From: Desulfuromonas sp.
GTDB taxonomy: Bacteria; Desulfobacterota; Desulfuromonadia; Desulfuromonadales; Desulfuromonadaceae
Direction: 5' to 3'
Assembly: GCA_028685815.1 (NCBI GenBank)
Contig: JAQUDG010000001.1
Coordinates: 1 to 63,536 of the forward strand
Length of the DNA stretch: 63,536 bases
Shown: piece after piece, positions 20,813 to 31,219 of the stretch
Numbering within the stretch: the stretch's first letter is position 1
Layout: each line of letters starts with the position of its first letter
Position numbers and translations under genes: made by a program
Notes under the pieces: model-generated
What the model saw: only the letters and a program-made list of their open reading frames with translations
The model's database searches: none
What the model was told of the DNA's origin: nothing

Positions 20813-21249
20813 AAGCGTATTTTACAGAACTGTTTACGGGAGCTTGGAGCCTCATAGTTGGCCTTACTGTTACACTTAAGGCCCTGTTTTCCCCGGTGGT
20901 TACTGTTCAGTACCCTAGACAGAAGATCGATGTTACCCCGAACTATCGTGGCCACATCGACCTGATCAAGGATCCTGAAACCGGTACCCACAGATGTATA
21001 ACTTGCGGCATGTGCATGCGCGATTGTCCGTCTGACTGTATTTACCTTGAGGGGGAAAAACAAGAAGGGGTGAAGGGCAAAGTGCTGACGCTGTATACGC
21101 TGGACTACACCAAGTGCAGTCACTGCGGCGCCTGTGTTGAAGTATGTCCTACCCAGGCCTTAGACTACTGCGATGATTACGAAGTCGCAGGGTTTGCACG
21201 TGAAGACTTTCATTACGATTTGCTCAAGAGAGTGGAGGAACGGGAATGA
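20809..21249 (+). CDS. nuoI: Complex I subunit I (2x[4Fe-4S])
   Basis: CITCGMCMRDCP and CSHCGACVEVCP ferredoxin motifs. ATGA overlap with nuoH. Confidence 0.92.
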   Translation: MKAYFTELFTGAWSLIVGLTVTLKALFSPVVTVQYPRQKIDVTPNYRGHIDLIKDPETGTHRCITCGMCMRDCPSDCIYLEGEKQEGVKGKVLTLYTLDYTKCSHCGACVEVCPTQALDYCDDYEVAGFAREDFHYDLLKRVEERE

Positions 21250-21770
21250 TTCTATATCGGTACATAGCCGAGGCCCTGTTTTACGCCTTCATGATTCTGA
21301 CATTTATGGGCGCGTTTATGGCAGTGCGCTCTCAGTTGTTGATGCATGCTGTTATCGGTCTTGCGGTATCCCTGCTGGGGATAGCAGGTTTGTATTTTCA
21401 TCTGGGCAGTACATTCCTGGCCGTTATGCAGGTACTCATTTATGTTGGCGCAGTATGTATCATGATTGCCATGGGGATTATGCTGGGCAATACGCCGAGC
21501 CAGTTGGCGGAGAAAAACCTTAAAGGGAGAAACTTGCTGCTGGCAATTGGCTCTTGTGCGGCCGTTTTCTTAGCGCTGTTTGCCACCTTGTCGCGGACTG
21601 GTTTTGCTCCTGCTGCAGAGCGCATCGGTGACATGTCTATCCAATTTGTGGGTGAGAACCTGCTGCTGCAGTATTGCCTGGCCTTTGAGCTGATCTCACT
21701 TATTCTGCTGACAGCCATCATAGGTTCAATAATTCTTGCACGTGGCGGACGCGATGGAGCAGTAAAATGA
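21246..21770 (+). CDS. nuoJ: Complex I subunit J
   Basis: 174-aa polytopic membrane protein in the conserved position. VMQVLIYVGAVCIM is a NuoJ/ND6-like motif. Confidence 0.85.
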   Translation: MILYRYIAEALFYAFMILTFMGAFMAVRSQLLMHAVIGLAVSLLGIAGLYFHLGSTFLAVMQVLIYVGAVCIMIAMGIMLGNTPSQLAEKNLKGRNLLLAIGSCAAVFLALFATLSRTGFAPAAERIGDMSIQFVGENLLLQYCLAFELISLILLTAIIGSIILARGGRDGAVK

Positions 21771-22084
21771 TTATTAGTGATAATCTAAACACCTACCTGA
21801 TTATTGCAGCACTTCTGCTGGTAATTGGCCTTTACGGTATGATTCAGCACCGCTCGTTGATTGGGATGCTTATCTCCAGTGAATTTATACTGAATGGGGC
21901 TGCCCTGAACTTCATGGCGTTCAATACCTTTACAGCCCCGAATCCGGCGGTCGGTCAGATCTATGCCCTGTTTATAATGGGACTGGCGGCAGCCGAGGCA
22001 GCAATAGCTGTGAGTATTATTATTGTTGTCTACAGGCGGTTCCGTAATGAAGATCCAGCCATAATACAGGATATGAAATACTGA
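21767..22084 (+). CDS. nuoK: Complex I subunit K
   Basis: 105 aa with three TM segments. GLAAAEAAIAVSIIIVVYR is the NuoK/ND4L signature. Confidence 0.9.
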   Translation: MIISDNLNTYLIIAALLLVIGLYGMIQHRSLIGMLISSEFILNGAALNFMAFNTFTAPNPAVGQIYALFIMGLAAAEAAIAVSIIIVVYRRFRNEDPAIIQDMKY

Positions 22085-22166
22085 TTTGTCGTATTGAGGA
22101 TTTAGGAAACTGTAACGGCTGTTTCAAAACATCAGTTGAAACACACCACCTGAGAAAGCGCTTGCA

Positions 22167-23660
22167 ATGAACACGATAATCACAAGCAAGATAATTATAA
22201 CAATGCTTATTCCCATGATTACAGGCCTGTTGGTCATGTTCTCTGGGAAAAAGCCGAATTTGCGGGACAGTTGGTCAACCCTGGGTGCGATCCTTACCTT
22301 TGCATCGGTGCTGAGCTTTGTACCCACAATATTGAATGGAACGCAGCTCAAGTACACCTTGTTTGAGTTGTATCCCGGCGTCTCGGTCATGCTCAATCTC
22401 GATGGGCTTGGGGTGATATTTGCGCTGGTTGCTTCCTTTTTATGGATTCTAGCAAGCCTATACTGTGTCGGGTATATGCGCGGACTCAACGAGCACGCCC
22501 AGACGCGGTTTTATGTCTGCTATGCAGTCTCGGTCGGGGCAGCTATGGGTGCGGCGTTCGCCGGCAACCTTTTTACCCTGTACCTGTTCTACGAGATTGT
22601 ATCCATCTTCACCTATCCGCTGGTCATGCACCATCAGGATGAAGAGGGGTATGCTGGAGCCAAAAAGTACATTGTATACCTCATGTTTACTTCTAAGGCA
22701 TTCCTCCTCCCGGCGATGGTTATTATCTACGTGCTTGCAGGAACCCTTGATTTCCAGACGGCAAACATTGCCCAAGGTATTTTTCCTGCCGACGCGAGTA
22801 GACTTGCGATTGGGGTTGCTTACCTGTTGTGTCTGTTCGGCTTTGCTAAGGCTGGTATCATGCCTCTGCACAACTGGCTGCCAGATGCGATGGTTGCACC
22901 TACGCCAGTCAGTGCTTTGCTCCATGCCGTTGTCGTAGTTAAGGTTGGCGTATTTTCTATCTGCCGCGTCATGCTGTCGGTGTTTGGAGTCAATGTCCTT
23001 GCTGAAACTGGGCTTGGGCTGTTTACGGCGTACTTCGTTTCCTTTACCATTCTCACCGCTTCCATAATCGCCTTGACTAAAACCAACCTCAAGGCGCGTC
23101 TTGCGTATTCTACGGTGAGCCAGTTGTCGTACATTGTGCTTGGTGTCGCGATGTTGACGCCAAACTCAATCACCGGTGGTTTGATCCATATCGCAAACCA
23201 CGCATTCGCTAAAATCACCTTGTTCTTCGCGGCTGGGTGTATCTTTGTAGCCACTGGGAAAAAAGATATCAAAGAACTGGGAGGGCTAGGCTATCGGATG
23301 CCTTGGACCATGCTTGCATTCGGTGTTGCCTCTTTGAGTATGATTGGGATCCCCCCCGTAGGTGGATTCGTCACCAAATGGTACCTGGCGCTAGGTACTA
23401 TTGATATCCATAATTGGATTCTACTGAGCGTGTTGCTTATAAGTAGTTTGCTAAACGCTGGTTATTTTGTCCCAATTTTTCTGCAAGGATTCTTCGGGAA
23501 ACCTGTGCCAGAAGATGTTGGGGTCACAGGAAGCTTGGAAAAGCAGCCTCTGATTTTATTTATGGTGGTGCCTCTGGTTATAACAGCAACTATTTCAGTG
23601 CTGATTGGTATCTATCCCAATTTGTTCCTCGATCTTATTAATCTTATGGTGAAATCATGA
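22167..23660 (+). CDS. Extra antiporter-like (NuoL/MrpA-core type) subunit without lateral helix
   Basis: 497 aa. FYEIVS (TM5 Glu), FAKAGIMPLHNWLPDAMVAPTPVSALLHA (TM7 Lys), AYSTVSQLSYIVLG and HAFAKITLFFAAG (TM12 Lys) match the NuoL/MrpA/MrpD pump core. It ends right after the core, with no amphipathic helix. Confidence 0.85.
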   Translation: MNTIITSKIIITMLIPMITGLLVMFSGKKPNLRDSWSTLGAILTFASVLSFVPTILNGTQLKYTLFELYPGVSVMLNLDGLGVIFALVASFLWILASLYCVGYMRGLNEHAQTRFYVCYAVSVGAAMGAAFAGNLFTLYLFYEIVSIFTYPLVMHHQDEEGYAGAKKYIVYLMFTSKAFLLPAMVIIYVLAGTLDFQTANIAQGIFPADASRLAIGVAYLLCLFGFAKAGIMPLHNWLPDAMVAPTPVSALLHAVVVVKVGVFSICRVMLSVFGVNVLAETGLGLFTAYFVSFTILTASIIALTKTNLKARLAYSTVSQLSYIVLGVAMLTPNSITGGLIHIANHAFAKITLFFAAGCIFVATGKKDIKELGGLGYRMPWTMLAFGVASLSMIGIPPVGGFVTKWYLALGTIDIHNWILLSVLLISSLLNAGYFVPIFLQGFFGKPVPEDVGVTGSLEKQPLILFMVVPLVITATISVLIGIYPNLFLDLINLMVKS

Positions 23661-23905
23661 TCGCACAGGTGATAACGTATCTGCGCGAGCGCCCGGCTAT
23701 GCTGAAGTGGCTTTTTATCGCATACCTGGGGTTTGCGTTAGTATTCGATTTTTTTGCAGATCGGAGCGATGCCCATTTCTGGGGAGACCAAATCATAGGC
23801 TTCTGGGCGATATTTGGCCTGCTCGGCTGTCTGCTGATGATTGTTTTCTGCAAAGGGCTGTCACACGTATGGCTGGAGAGGGACACGGATCATTATGACA
23901 AGTAG
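23657..23905 (+). CDS. 82-aa two-TM hypothetical protein embedded in the nuo operon
   Basis: ATGA overlap with the upstream gene and an 11-nt overlap with the downstream gene. Two hydrophobic helices (WLFIAYLGFALVFDFF, IIGFWAIFGLLGCLLMIVF). I recognise no family. Confidence 0.6.
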   Translation: MIAQVITYLRERPAMLKWLFIAYLGFALVFDFFADRSDAHFWGDQIIGFWAIFGLLGCLLMIVFCKGLSHVWLERDTDHYDK

Positions 23906-25661
23906 TATCTTTATGCACCCGGCGGCGCTTTTTATTGTCGGCGCGTTGCTGCTGCCCTTATTCAGAAAGTTCAACGCGCAGAAGATCTGGCTGGTAGTGG
24001 TACCTTTGCTGGCGTTTATTCAGATCAGATACCTGCCCGCCTCATTCGGTACAGTTGAATGGATGGGCTTCGAACTTCAGTTTGGTCGCGTCGATCAGTT
24101 GACCATGGTGTTTCTCCATGTATTTACCTTGATGGCACTGATAGGCAGCATTTTTGGCTTACACGTTAAAGAAAGTGGCCAACATGCTGCGGCGTGGTTG
24201 TACGTCGCTGGCTCGCTTGGTACAACTTTAGCTGGCGACTATTTGACTGTCTTCGTATTTTGGGAACTGATGGCGTTCGCCTCAGTATTCCTTATCTGGT
24301 ATCGGAAGCGCACGCGTTCTATAGAGGCCGGTTACCGTTATCTACTGGTCCACGTCGTTGGTGGCCTAATATTGATGGCCGGTATCTTCCTGCGTTATCA
24401 GAATGTGCATGATCTGAGTTTCAATCTCATCGCTCCAGACACTGCTACTCTGGGAGACTACCTCATCATGATTGGGTTCATGTTGAATGCCGCTGTCCCC
24501 CCAATTCATGCGTGGCTTCCAGATGCCTATCCAGAAGCAACTGTTACTGGCGCAGTATTTATGTGCGCGTTCACCACAAAAACAGCGGTATATGTCCTAG
24601 CTCGCGGCTTTGCAGGTTATGAAGTGCTGGCGATACTTGGCGCGATCATGACTCTGTACGGGGTTGGATACGCGGTAATTGAAAATGATGCGCGTCGAAT
24701 TCTTGCCTATCATATTGTAAGTCAGGTCGGATATATGGTGTGTGGTATTGGTATAGGCACCCATATGGCGCTTAATGGTGCTTGTGCTCACGCCTATGCG
24801 CATATTCTCTACAAGGCGTTGCTGTTTATGGGTGTAGGCTGCGTACTTGAAATGACAGGGCGCTCCAAGTTGAGTGAGCTTGGCGGCTTGTATAAGTATA
24901 TGCCGTTATCGCTCGTATTTACGGTAATCGGTGGCATTGCAATCTCCGGCTTCCCTCTTACCAGTGGTTTTGTAAGTAAATCCATGATCATTACTGCTGC
25001 CGGTGCAGATCACCAAACAATTATTATGCTTATGCTGTCCCTTGCTGCGGTGGGAACGTTCCTGTCGGTTGGAATAAAGTTGCCGTACTACATCTGGTTT
25101 GGTCCCAACGATCCTGGCATTAAACCCAAAGAAGCTCATTGGAATATGCAGGTAGGGATGTTCATGGCTGCATTCATGTGCATCTTCCTCGGAGTTTATC
25201 CGGATTATCTGTACAACATGCTGCCGTATGCGGTCGAGTATAATCCTTACACCAGCTATCACCTTGCAGAAACGTTCCATCTGCTCGGTTTTACCGGCTT
25301 GGGCTTTTATGTCATGGTAAAATACCTTAAGCCCCACGATGTATCCAATCTCGATTTAGACTGGTTTTATCGTAAAGGCGCGTTGGTGTTCATGTGGGTT
25401 GCTAAGAAGCCTATTAATGCAGCCAACGAGTGGGTAAGTAACGTGTATCAGAATATAGGTCTGCGTTTTACCATGGCCACCGCGCGGGCACTCTCCTGGT
25501 TTGATTGGGAGGGAATTGACTGGGCTCTAGATGGTAGCGCCAAAAGTGTGGTTAAAGCCGGTGAACAGGCCCGACAATTACAGACCGGAAAACTGCAACA
25601 TTATATCGGGGCAGCAGCTGGTCTGGTGTTCGTTGTTCTGATTGTGGTTGTATTGGTGTGA
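23895..25661 (+). CDS. nuoL: NuoL-like antiporter subunit with long C-terminal lateral helix and terminal TM anchor
   Basis: 588 aa from ATG 23895. Pump core (FWELMAF, IHAWLPDAYPEA, AYHIVSQVGYM, HILYKALLFMG), then LDWFYRKG...IDWALDGSAKS...QLQTGKLQHY and a final TM helix. This is the architecture unique to NuoL. Confidence 0.8.
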   Translation: MTSSIFMHPAALFIVGALLLPLFRKFNAQKIWLVVVPLLAFIQIRYLPASFGTVEWMGFELQFGRVDQLTMVFLHVFTLMALIGSIFGLHVKESGQHAAAWLYVAGSLGTTLAGDYLTVFVFWELMAFASVFLIWYRKRTRSIEAGYRYLLVHVVGGLILMAGIFLRYQNVHDLSFNLIAPDTATLGDYLIMIGFMLNAAVPPIHAWLPDAYPEATVTGAVFMCAFTTKTAVYVLARGFAGYEVLAILGAIMTLYGVGYAVIENDARRILAYHIVSQVGYMVCGIGIGTHMALNGACAHAYAHILYKALLFMGVGCVLEMTGRSKLSELGGLYKYMPLSLVFTVIGGIAISGFPLTSGFVSKSMIITAAGADHQTIIMLMLSLAAVGTFLSVGIKLPYYIWFGPNDPGIKPKEAHWNMQVGMFMAAFMCIFLGVYPDYLYNMLPYAVEYNPYTSYHLAETFHLLGFTGLGFYVMVKYLKPHDVSNLDLDWFYRKGALVFMWVAKKPINAANEWVSNVYQNIGLRFTMATARALSWFDWEGIDWALDGSAKSVVKAGEQARQLQTGKLQHYIGAAAGLVFVVLIVVVLV

Positions 25662-25708
25662 TCGTTTTTACGCCATACACTTTAACTCATTTGAGACAGT
25701 AGGAAGTC

Positions 25709-27298
25709 ATGGAAAAGTATCTAATACTGAACACGTTGAATTACCCGATCCTCTCAATGCTGTTGATTGTGCCGGTTGTCGGGGCTATTATCGCTATGTT
25801 TTTACGCGGCGATACCTTGCAGAAATACTGGAGTCTTGCTGTAACTCTAATTACGGCTCTGATCTCTGTTCCCTTGTGGACCTGTTTCGACAAATCCACA
25901 GCCAAGTATCAGTTTGTAGAGTTGCGCCGCTGGTTCCCTGATCTCAACCTCGACTATGTTGTCGGTGTTGATGGGATCAGTATGTTGCTGGTGTTGCTTA
26001 CTACATTCGTAATGCCGCTGTGCGTACTGTGCTCGTGGAATTACATCAAGATCCGCATTAAAGAATTCATGGTAGTTATGCTTCTTATGGAAGCAGCCAT
26101 GATCGGGGTCTTTATAAGCATGAACACCGTGCTGTTTTATATTTTCTGGGAAGGTATGTTGGTTCCCATGTACCTCATCATCGCTATCTGGGGTGGGGAC
26201 CGAAAAGATTATGCTTCAATTAAGTTTTTCCTCTATACCTTCGCAGGCAGTATCTTCCTGCTGGTTTCTATTATTGCTCTGTATATCAATACCGGGACGT
26301 TCTTTATCCCTGAATTGATGGCACATACCTACAGTTTCTCGTTCCAAATGTGGGTTTTTATTGCCTGCGCTTTGGGCTTCGCCATCAAAATGCCCATGTT
26401 CCCGTTCCATACATGGCTGCCTGCCGCTCACGTACAGGCGCCTACTGCGGGTTCCGTTATACTGGCCAGTATCTTGCTGAAGATGGGTGGCTACGGTTTT
26501 CTCCGTTTCTGTCTCCCCATTACACCAGCTGCTACATATTACTGCGTGCCAATCCTGCTGGTTATGTCACTGATCAGCATCATCGTAGGTGGCTACCTAG
26601 CGCTGGGACAAACTGATATAAAGAAACTGATAGCTTATTCCTCCGTTGGACATATGGGCTTTGTAACCTTGGGTATCTTCCTCCTCAATACTGGGGGAAT
26701 CAAAGGGGCAATGCTACAGATGATTAACCACGGGGTAACCACAGGGGCCTTGTTTATCCTGATTGGGCTAATTTACGAGCGCACCCATAGTCGCGAAATT
26801 AGCGACAATAGCAAGCTTGGTATGATAATGCCGATTTATGTAACGTTTCTCGGTATCTTCTCTCTTTCATCCTTGGCGTTCCCCGGCACCAACAGTTTCG
26901 TAGGCGAGTTTCTGGTCTTGTTTGGCGCCTTTGAAAAGTATCCTTTGGTTGGAGCTCTTGCTATCCCAGGTGCAATTTTGGCAGCGGCTTACATGCTGCG
27001 TCTCTTGCAGAAGATGGTATGGGATGACTCCGATGGGCATGCGCATCACGGTGATGACAGTCGTTCCATTGCTGACTGTAATGCACGCGAGTTTGTCCAA
27101 CTTGCTTTTCTGACCGTGTTTGTGTTCTGGATTGGCTTGCATCCAACGCCGCTGCTTGACGTAATGGATACCAGTGTTGCTCATCTGATCAGTCAGGTGG
27201 AAGCTGGCAGTGTTATCCCTGAAGTGGTACGTACGGGTGAGCACCACGCGCTGCTTCACGATGCAGGTGTGTGGATTAAAAGTATCGTAAGTTTCTAA
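25709..27298 (+). CDS. nuoM: Complex I subunit M
   Basis: FWEGMLVPMY, AIKMPMFPFHTWLPAAHVQAPTAGSVILA and AYSSVGHMGF are NuoM/ND4 signatures. Confidence 0.9.
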   Translation: MEKYLILNTLNYPILSMLLIVPVVGAIIAMFLRGDTLQKYWSLAVTLITALISVPLWTCFDKSTAKYQFVELRRWFPDLNLDYVVGVDGISMLLVLLTTFVMPLCVLCSWNYIKIRIKEFMVVMLLMEAAMIGVFISMNTVLFYIFWEGMLVPMYLIIAIWGGDRKDYASIKFFLYTFAGSIFLLVSIIALYINTGTFFIPELMAHTYSFSFQMWVFIACALGFAIKMPMFPFHTWLPAAHVQAPTAGSVILASILLKMGGYGFLRFCLPITPAATYYCVPILLVMSLISIIVGGYLALGQTDIKKLIAYSSVGHMGFVTLGIFLLNTGGIKGAMLQMINHGVTTGALFILIGLIYERTHSREISDNSKLGMIMPIYVTFLGIFSLSSLAFPGTNSFVGEFLVLFGAFEKYPLVGALAIPGAILAAAYMLRLLQKMVWDDSDGHAHHGDDSRSIADCNAREFVQLAFLTVFVFWIGLHPTPLLDVMDTSVAHLISQVEAGSVIPEVVRTGEHHALLHDAGVWIKSIVSF

Positions 27299-27317
27299 TC
27301 AAAGAAGCGGATCAATT

Positions 27318-28736
27318 ATGCTAAACACAGTTTTTTTGCCGGAAATGGCGCTGATGTTCATGGTCTTGGTTATGTTCTTCATGACCTTGGGCAATTTGCG
27401 CACAGGAGTGATCCAGGGAGTGACCCTGGCTATGTCAGCCGTGGTGCTGGTGGTAGCTTTTGCTAGTTACGGCGCCAACGGCTTGTTGTTCTACGATGCG
27501 TATCAGGTTGATATGCTGTCACAGCTGTTTAAGATCATCATCTTAAGCGGTCTGTTTCTGATCTATGCTCTTGGGCGTGGATTGGTCGGAATCGAGCCAA
27601 AGCTGCATGCCGAATACAACATGTTTCTCGGAATCAGCGCCTTGGGGCTGGTTTTCCTCAGCAGCTCCGTTGAGCTCTTGGCCATTCTGCTGAGCCTTGA
27701 AATCTCATCATATGCTCTATATGTGGTGATTCCGTTTCGCCAGGGACAGGGGCGCATGTCTGCTGAGGCCTGCATCAAGTACATCATGTTTGGTGCAATT
27801 GCGACCGGTTTGACCCTGTACGGTATGGGATATATTTTCGGTCTTGCCCATACAACGTACTTGAATGAGCTGGCAGTGGTAATTCCATCGTTGGTTGCAA
27901 CACAACCACTGGGTGTTATTGCCATGGTTCTGGTGCTGATATGCTTTTTGTACAAGCTGGCGATGTTCCCCATGCATTTCTGGACACCTGATGTGTATCA
28001 GGGGGCAGCCAACGAAACCACCAGCATTATTGCAACCCTGCCAAAAGTTGGCGCGGTGTTGCTCCTGCTGCGTCTCGTTGCTGTTGCCGGCGCGGACATC
28101 ACCCAGTATACCTGGGTACTTGCAACGTTTGCGGTAATGTCCATGACATTTGGTAATCTCACCGCGCTGGTTCAAACTGACCTCAAGCGTTTGCTGGCAT
28201 ATTCCAGTATCGCCCACGCGGGTTATGTCATGCTTGGTATTATGACTGCAGATCTGTTGGGTATGGCAGCAGCAGTATTCTACATCATCGGTTACCTGCT
28301 CATGAACCTTGGTTGTTTCTACGTTATTTATAACGTTGCGCCTGAGGGGCAGAACGTTACCTTTGACGACCTTAAAGGGCTGTCTCGCCGCTCACCGCTA
28401 CTTGCTATGACTTTGCTGGTAGCAGCTTTCGGTATGGCAGGCATCCCCCCGACTATTGGCTTTGTGGGTAAGTTTGTAGTTTTTACCGGAGCTATCAACA
28501 AGGGTTTTTATGCCCTGGTTATTATCGGGGTTATCAACGCAGCCATAGCTATGTTCTACTACCTAAAGATGGCACGTGCTGCATACTGTGGCGCTGACGA
28601 TGAAAAAGATCCTATCCTGATGCCGATTGGTTCAAAAGCGTTGGGTGTGTTCTTTATTCTAGCTATAATCCTTATCGGGGTGTTGCCACAGGAATTTATG
28701 GCGGCCGCGAAAGAGGCTGTCGCGCTGCTATTATAA
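27318..28736 (+). CDS. nuoN: Complex I subunit N
   Basis: LEISSYALY, YKLAMFPMHFWTPDVYQGA and AYSSIAHAGYV are NuoN/ND2 signatures. Last gene of the operon. Confidence 0.9.
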   Translation: MLNTVFLPEMALMFMVLVMFFMTLGNLRTGVIQGVTLAMSAVVLVVAFASYGANGLLFYDAYQVDMLSQLFKIIILSGLFLIYALGRGLVGIEPKLHAEYNMFLGISALGLVFLSSSVELLAILLSLEISSYALYVVIPFRQGQGRMSAEACIKYIMFGAIATGLTLYGMGYIFGLAHTTYLNELAVVIPSLVATQPLGVIAMVLVLICFLYKLAMFPMHFWTPDVYQGAANETTSIIATLPKVGAVLLLLRLVAVAGADITQYTWVLATFAVMSMTFGNLTALVQTDLKRLLAYSSIAHAGYVMLGIMTADLLGMAAAVFYIIGYLLMNLGCFYVIYNVAPEGQNVTFDDLKGLSRRSPLLAMTLLVAAFGMAGIPPTIGFVGKFVVFTGAINKGFYALVIIGVINAAIAMFYYLKMARAAYCGADDEKDPILMPIGSKALGVFFILAIILIGVLPQEFMAAAKEAVALLL

Positions 28737-28760
28737 TTAGTTGTCGGAACTAAAGAATGC

Positions 28761-28797
28761 AAAAAGCCCGCAGCGTATAAACGTTGCGGGCTTTTTG
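28761..28797. terminator. Bidirectional Rho-independent terminator
   Basis: AAAAAGCCCGCAgcgtataaacgtTGCGGGCTTTTT between nuoN (+) and ilvC (-). Confidence 0.85.
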
Positions 28798-28883
28798 CTT
28801 TGTTACGTGCTCTACTTTTAAATTACATATATAGCCAGAAGTGTAGCTGTATGCTGCGTGTGCTGGCTATGCAAAACGTCGTT

Positions 28884-30365
28884 TTAGTCCTGCTGGTCGA
28901 TAGCCTGCATTCCACACATGGCAGCGCGTAACTCAGCACCAACGTCTTCAATAAAATGACCACGAATAGCATCGTTGATGCACACCAGAGTCCTGTTATC
29001 TACGCTGGTGTCATCGCAGTCCAATCCCTTGCCGATGACCTCGGTAGTGACCTCGTGCATGAAATCACGCAGGAGGGGGATGCAGGCATGGGCAAAGAGG
29101 TAGCATCCATATTCAGCGGTGTCAGAGATTATGCGGTTCATTTCATAGAGCTTCTTACGCGCAATAGTGTTGGCAATAAGAGGAGTTTCATGGAGGGACT
29201 CATAATAGGCAGATTCAGGTTCAATGCCGACTTCGAGCATTGATTCGAAAGCTAGTTCTACTCCTGCTTTAACCATCGCCACCATCAGAATACCTTTATC
29301 AAAGTATTCCTGCTCGCTGATTTTCCCGTTGGCCTCGGTCTGTTCAAAAGCGGACTGTCCGGTCTCTTCGCGCCAGCGCAGAAGATCCTTATCATCATTC
29401 GCCCAGTCTTGCATCATAGTGGCAGAAAACTTGCCGGTGATGATGTCGTCCATATGTTTCTGGAACAATGAACGCATAATCTCCTTGAGTTCGTCTGCTA
29501 ACACAAAGGCGCGAATCTTAGCTGGGTTGGAGAGGCGGTCCAGCATGTTGGTGATTCCGCCCTGTTTCAAGGCTTCAGTGATAGTCTCCCAGCCGTATTG
29601 GATCAACTTAGCGGCATAACCTGGCTCGATTCCTTCTCCCACCATTTTGTCAAAACACAGGAGTGAGCCTGTCTGCAGCATGCCACACAGGATAGTCTGC
29701 TCTCCCATGAGGTCGGATTTAACTTCGGCGATAAAGGAAGATTCTAGAACGCCGGCACGATCTCCGCCTTGAGCAGAGCACAAGCCTTTAGCAATTTCGA
29801 GCCCGTCACCCTTGGGATCATTTTCGCGATGCACAGCAATGAGTGTTGGTACGCCAAAACCTCGCGTATACTCGGCACGTACCTCTGATCCAGGGCACTT
29901 GGGCGCTACCATGATTACCGTGAGATCAGCGCGAATTTGGACCCCCTCCTCAACAATATTAAAACCGTGGGCGTAGCAGAACACGGCTCCGTTTTTCATC
30001 AGAGGAACTACGGTGTTGACCACATCGGTATGTTGCTTGTCGGGGGCCAGGTTCATCACGATGTCTGCTTGAGGCAATAACTCCTCGTAACTGCCAACGC
30101 TGAAATTGTTTTCTATTGCATTTTTGTATGACTGGCGCTCCTCAGCGATGGCTTCTTTACGTAAGGTGTAAGCTACGTCAAGACCACTGTCGCGCATGTT
30201 GAGTCCTTGGTTTAGTCCTTGCGCGCCACAGCCAACTATGACTATTTTCTTCCCTTTGACATAATCGCATCCGTTATTGAACTCATCAGCCTCCATAAAA
30301 CGACAGGTGCCAAGCTCTTCGAGCTGACTCCGCAGAGGCAGTGTGTTGAAATAATTTTGACCCAT
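28884..30365 (-). CDS. ilvC: Ketol-acid reductoisomerase, class II (long form)
   Basis: From [24 protein letters not shown] onward it is near-collinear with my recollection of E. coli IlvC ([52 protein letters not shown]). Confidence 0.95.
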   Translation of the reverse strand: MGQNYFNTLPLRSQLEELGTCRFMEADEFNNGCDYVKGKKIVIVGCGAQGLNQGLNMRDSGLDVAYTLRKEAIAEERQSYKNAIENNFSVGSYEELLPQADIVMNLAPDKQHTDVVNTVVPLMKNGAVFCYAHGFNIVEEGVQIRADLTVIMVAPKCPGSEVRAEYTRGFGVPTLIAVHRENDPKGDGLEIAKGLCSAQGGDRAGVLESSFIAEVKSDLMGEQTILCGMLQTGSLLCFDKMVGEGIEPGYAAKLIQYGWETITEALKQGGITNMLDRLSNPAKIRAFVLADELKEIMRSLFQKHMDDIITGKFSATMMQDWANDDKDLLRWREETGQSAFEQTEANGKISEQEYFDKGILMVAMVKAGVELAFESMLEVGIEPESAYYESLHETPLIANTIARKKLYEMNRIISDTAEYGCYLFAHACIPLLRDFMHEVTTEVIGKGLDCDDTSVDNRTLVCINDAIRGHFIEDVGAELRAAMCGMQAIDQQD

Positions 30366-30552
30366 ACCTGATACTCCTTTACATGGTTTGCTTAGAAAGG
30401 TTTGCATAGAAACACCAACCTGAATGATCGGCGGAAAATGTTAAGCGCCTATGTTATCCCATAACGCATTGGAGGTAAAACGATTATATAGGACTACGCT
30501 TGGTCTTAGGGGACGGATTGGGTAGCGAGGCGAAACTAGAATTGAATAATAA

Positions 30553-30582
30553 AAAACCCGACCACTTTCGTAGTCGGGTTAT
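30553..30582 (-). terminator. Rho-independent terminator after tRNA-Leu
   Basis: The minus strand reads AACCCGACTACGAAAGTGGTCGGGTTTTTTATT. Confidence 0.8.
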
Positions 30583-30592
30583 AGCGTGCTTT

Positions 30593-30679
30593 TGGTGCCG
30601 AAGGCGAGAATCGAACTCGCACGACCGTTTGGTCACCACCCCCTCAAGATGGCGTGTCTACCAATTCCACCACTTCGGC
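30593..30679 (-). tRNA. tRNA-Leu (anticodon GAG), CCA encoded
   Basis: Reverse complement GCCGAAGTGGTGGAATTGGTAGACACGCCATCTTGAGGGGGTGGTGACCAAACGGTCGTGCGAGTTCGATTCTCGCCTTCGGCACCA. It has a 7-bp acceptor stem, anticodon loop TTGAGGG, a long variable arm and T-arm GCGAG-TTCGATT-CTCGC. Confidence 0.93.
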
Positions 30680-30728
30680 AATGCAGGGCTCTTTATACGT
30701 ATTTACTCTATCACTGTCAACATAGAAA

Positions 30729-31067
30729 TTAATCGGTTCCGGGGCCAGGGGTCTCTGATGTAGTGGCAGCAGGCATTTGGGGTAATGGTGCTGCTTCCTG
30801 TACCTTTATCTGCTCGGGCATAATACTCGCAGCTCCGTCTTGGTCGTGGAAATATGCCAGAGAGAGGCTGGTGAGCATGAAGACTGCAGCCATCAGAGTG
30901 GTTGATTTGCTCAGGAATGACTGTCCCCCGCTGGCTCCAAACATGGTCTGGCTCGCTCCACCACCGAATGATGCGCCAGTTTCTGCGCCCTTGCCGGCTT
31001 GAAGTAGAACGATGATTACCAATGATATGGAAACCATAACGTGGATTATCAGAAGTACAGTGGTCAT
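30729..31067 (-). CDS. secG: Preprotein translocase subunit SecG
   Basis: 112 aa. IIVLLQAGKGAETGASFGGGASQTMFG is the SecG signature. Lies downstream of tpiA, as in many bacteria. Confidence 0.9.
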   Translation of the reverse strand: MTTVLLIIHVMVSISLVIIVLLQAGKGAETGASFGGGASQTMFGASGGQSFLSKSTTLMAAVFMLTSLSLAYFHDQDGAASIMPEQIKVQEAAPLPQMPAATTSETPGPGTD

Positions 31068-31219
31068 GTGATTAGTTTGCTCCGATTGTTAGTGAAAATG
31101 CTGTACTGCGTGCTCGTTACGTGTGTTGCGTGCGCGTTTTTTGCGATTAACTAATGTTTCTACAACAACTGACCGGTAAACTTAGCATACTAGCGCTTAG
31201 TGCGCTAGCTGTTTTCTGT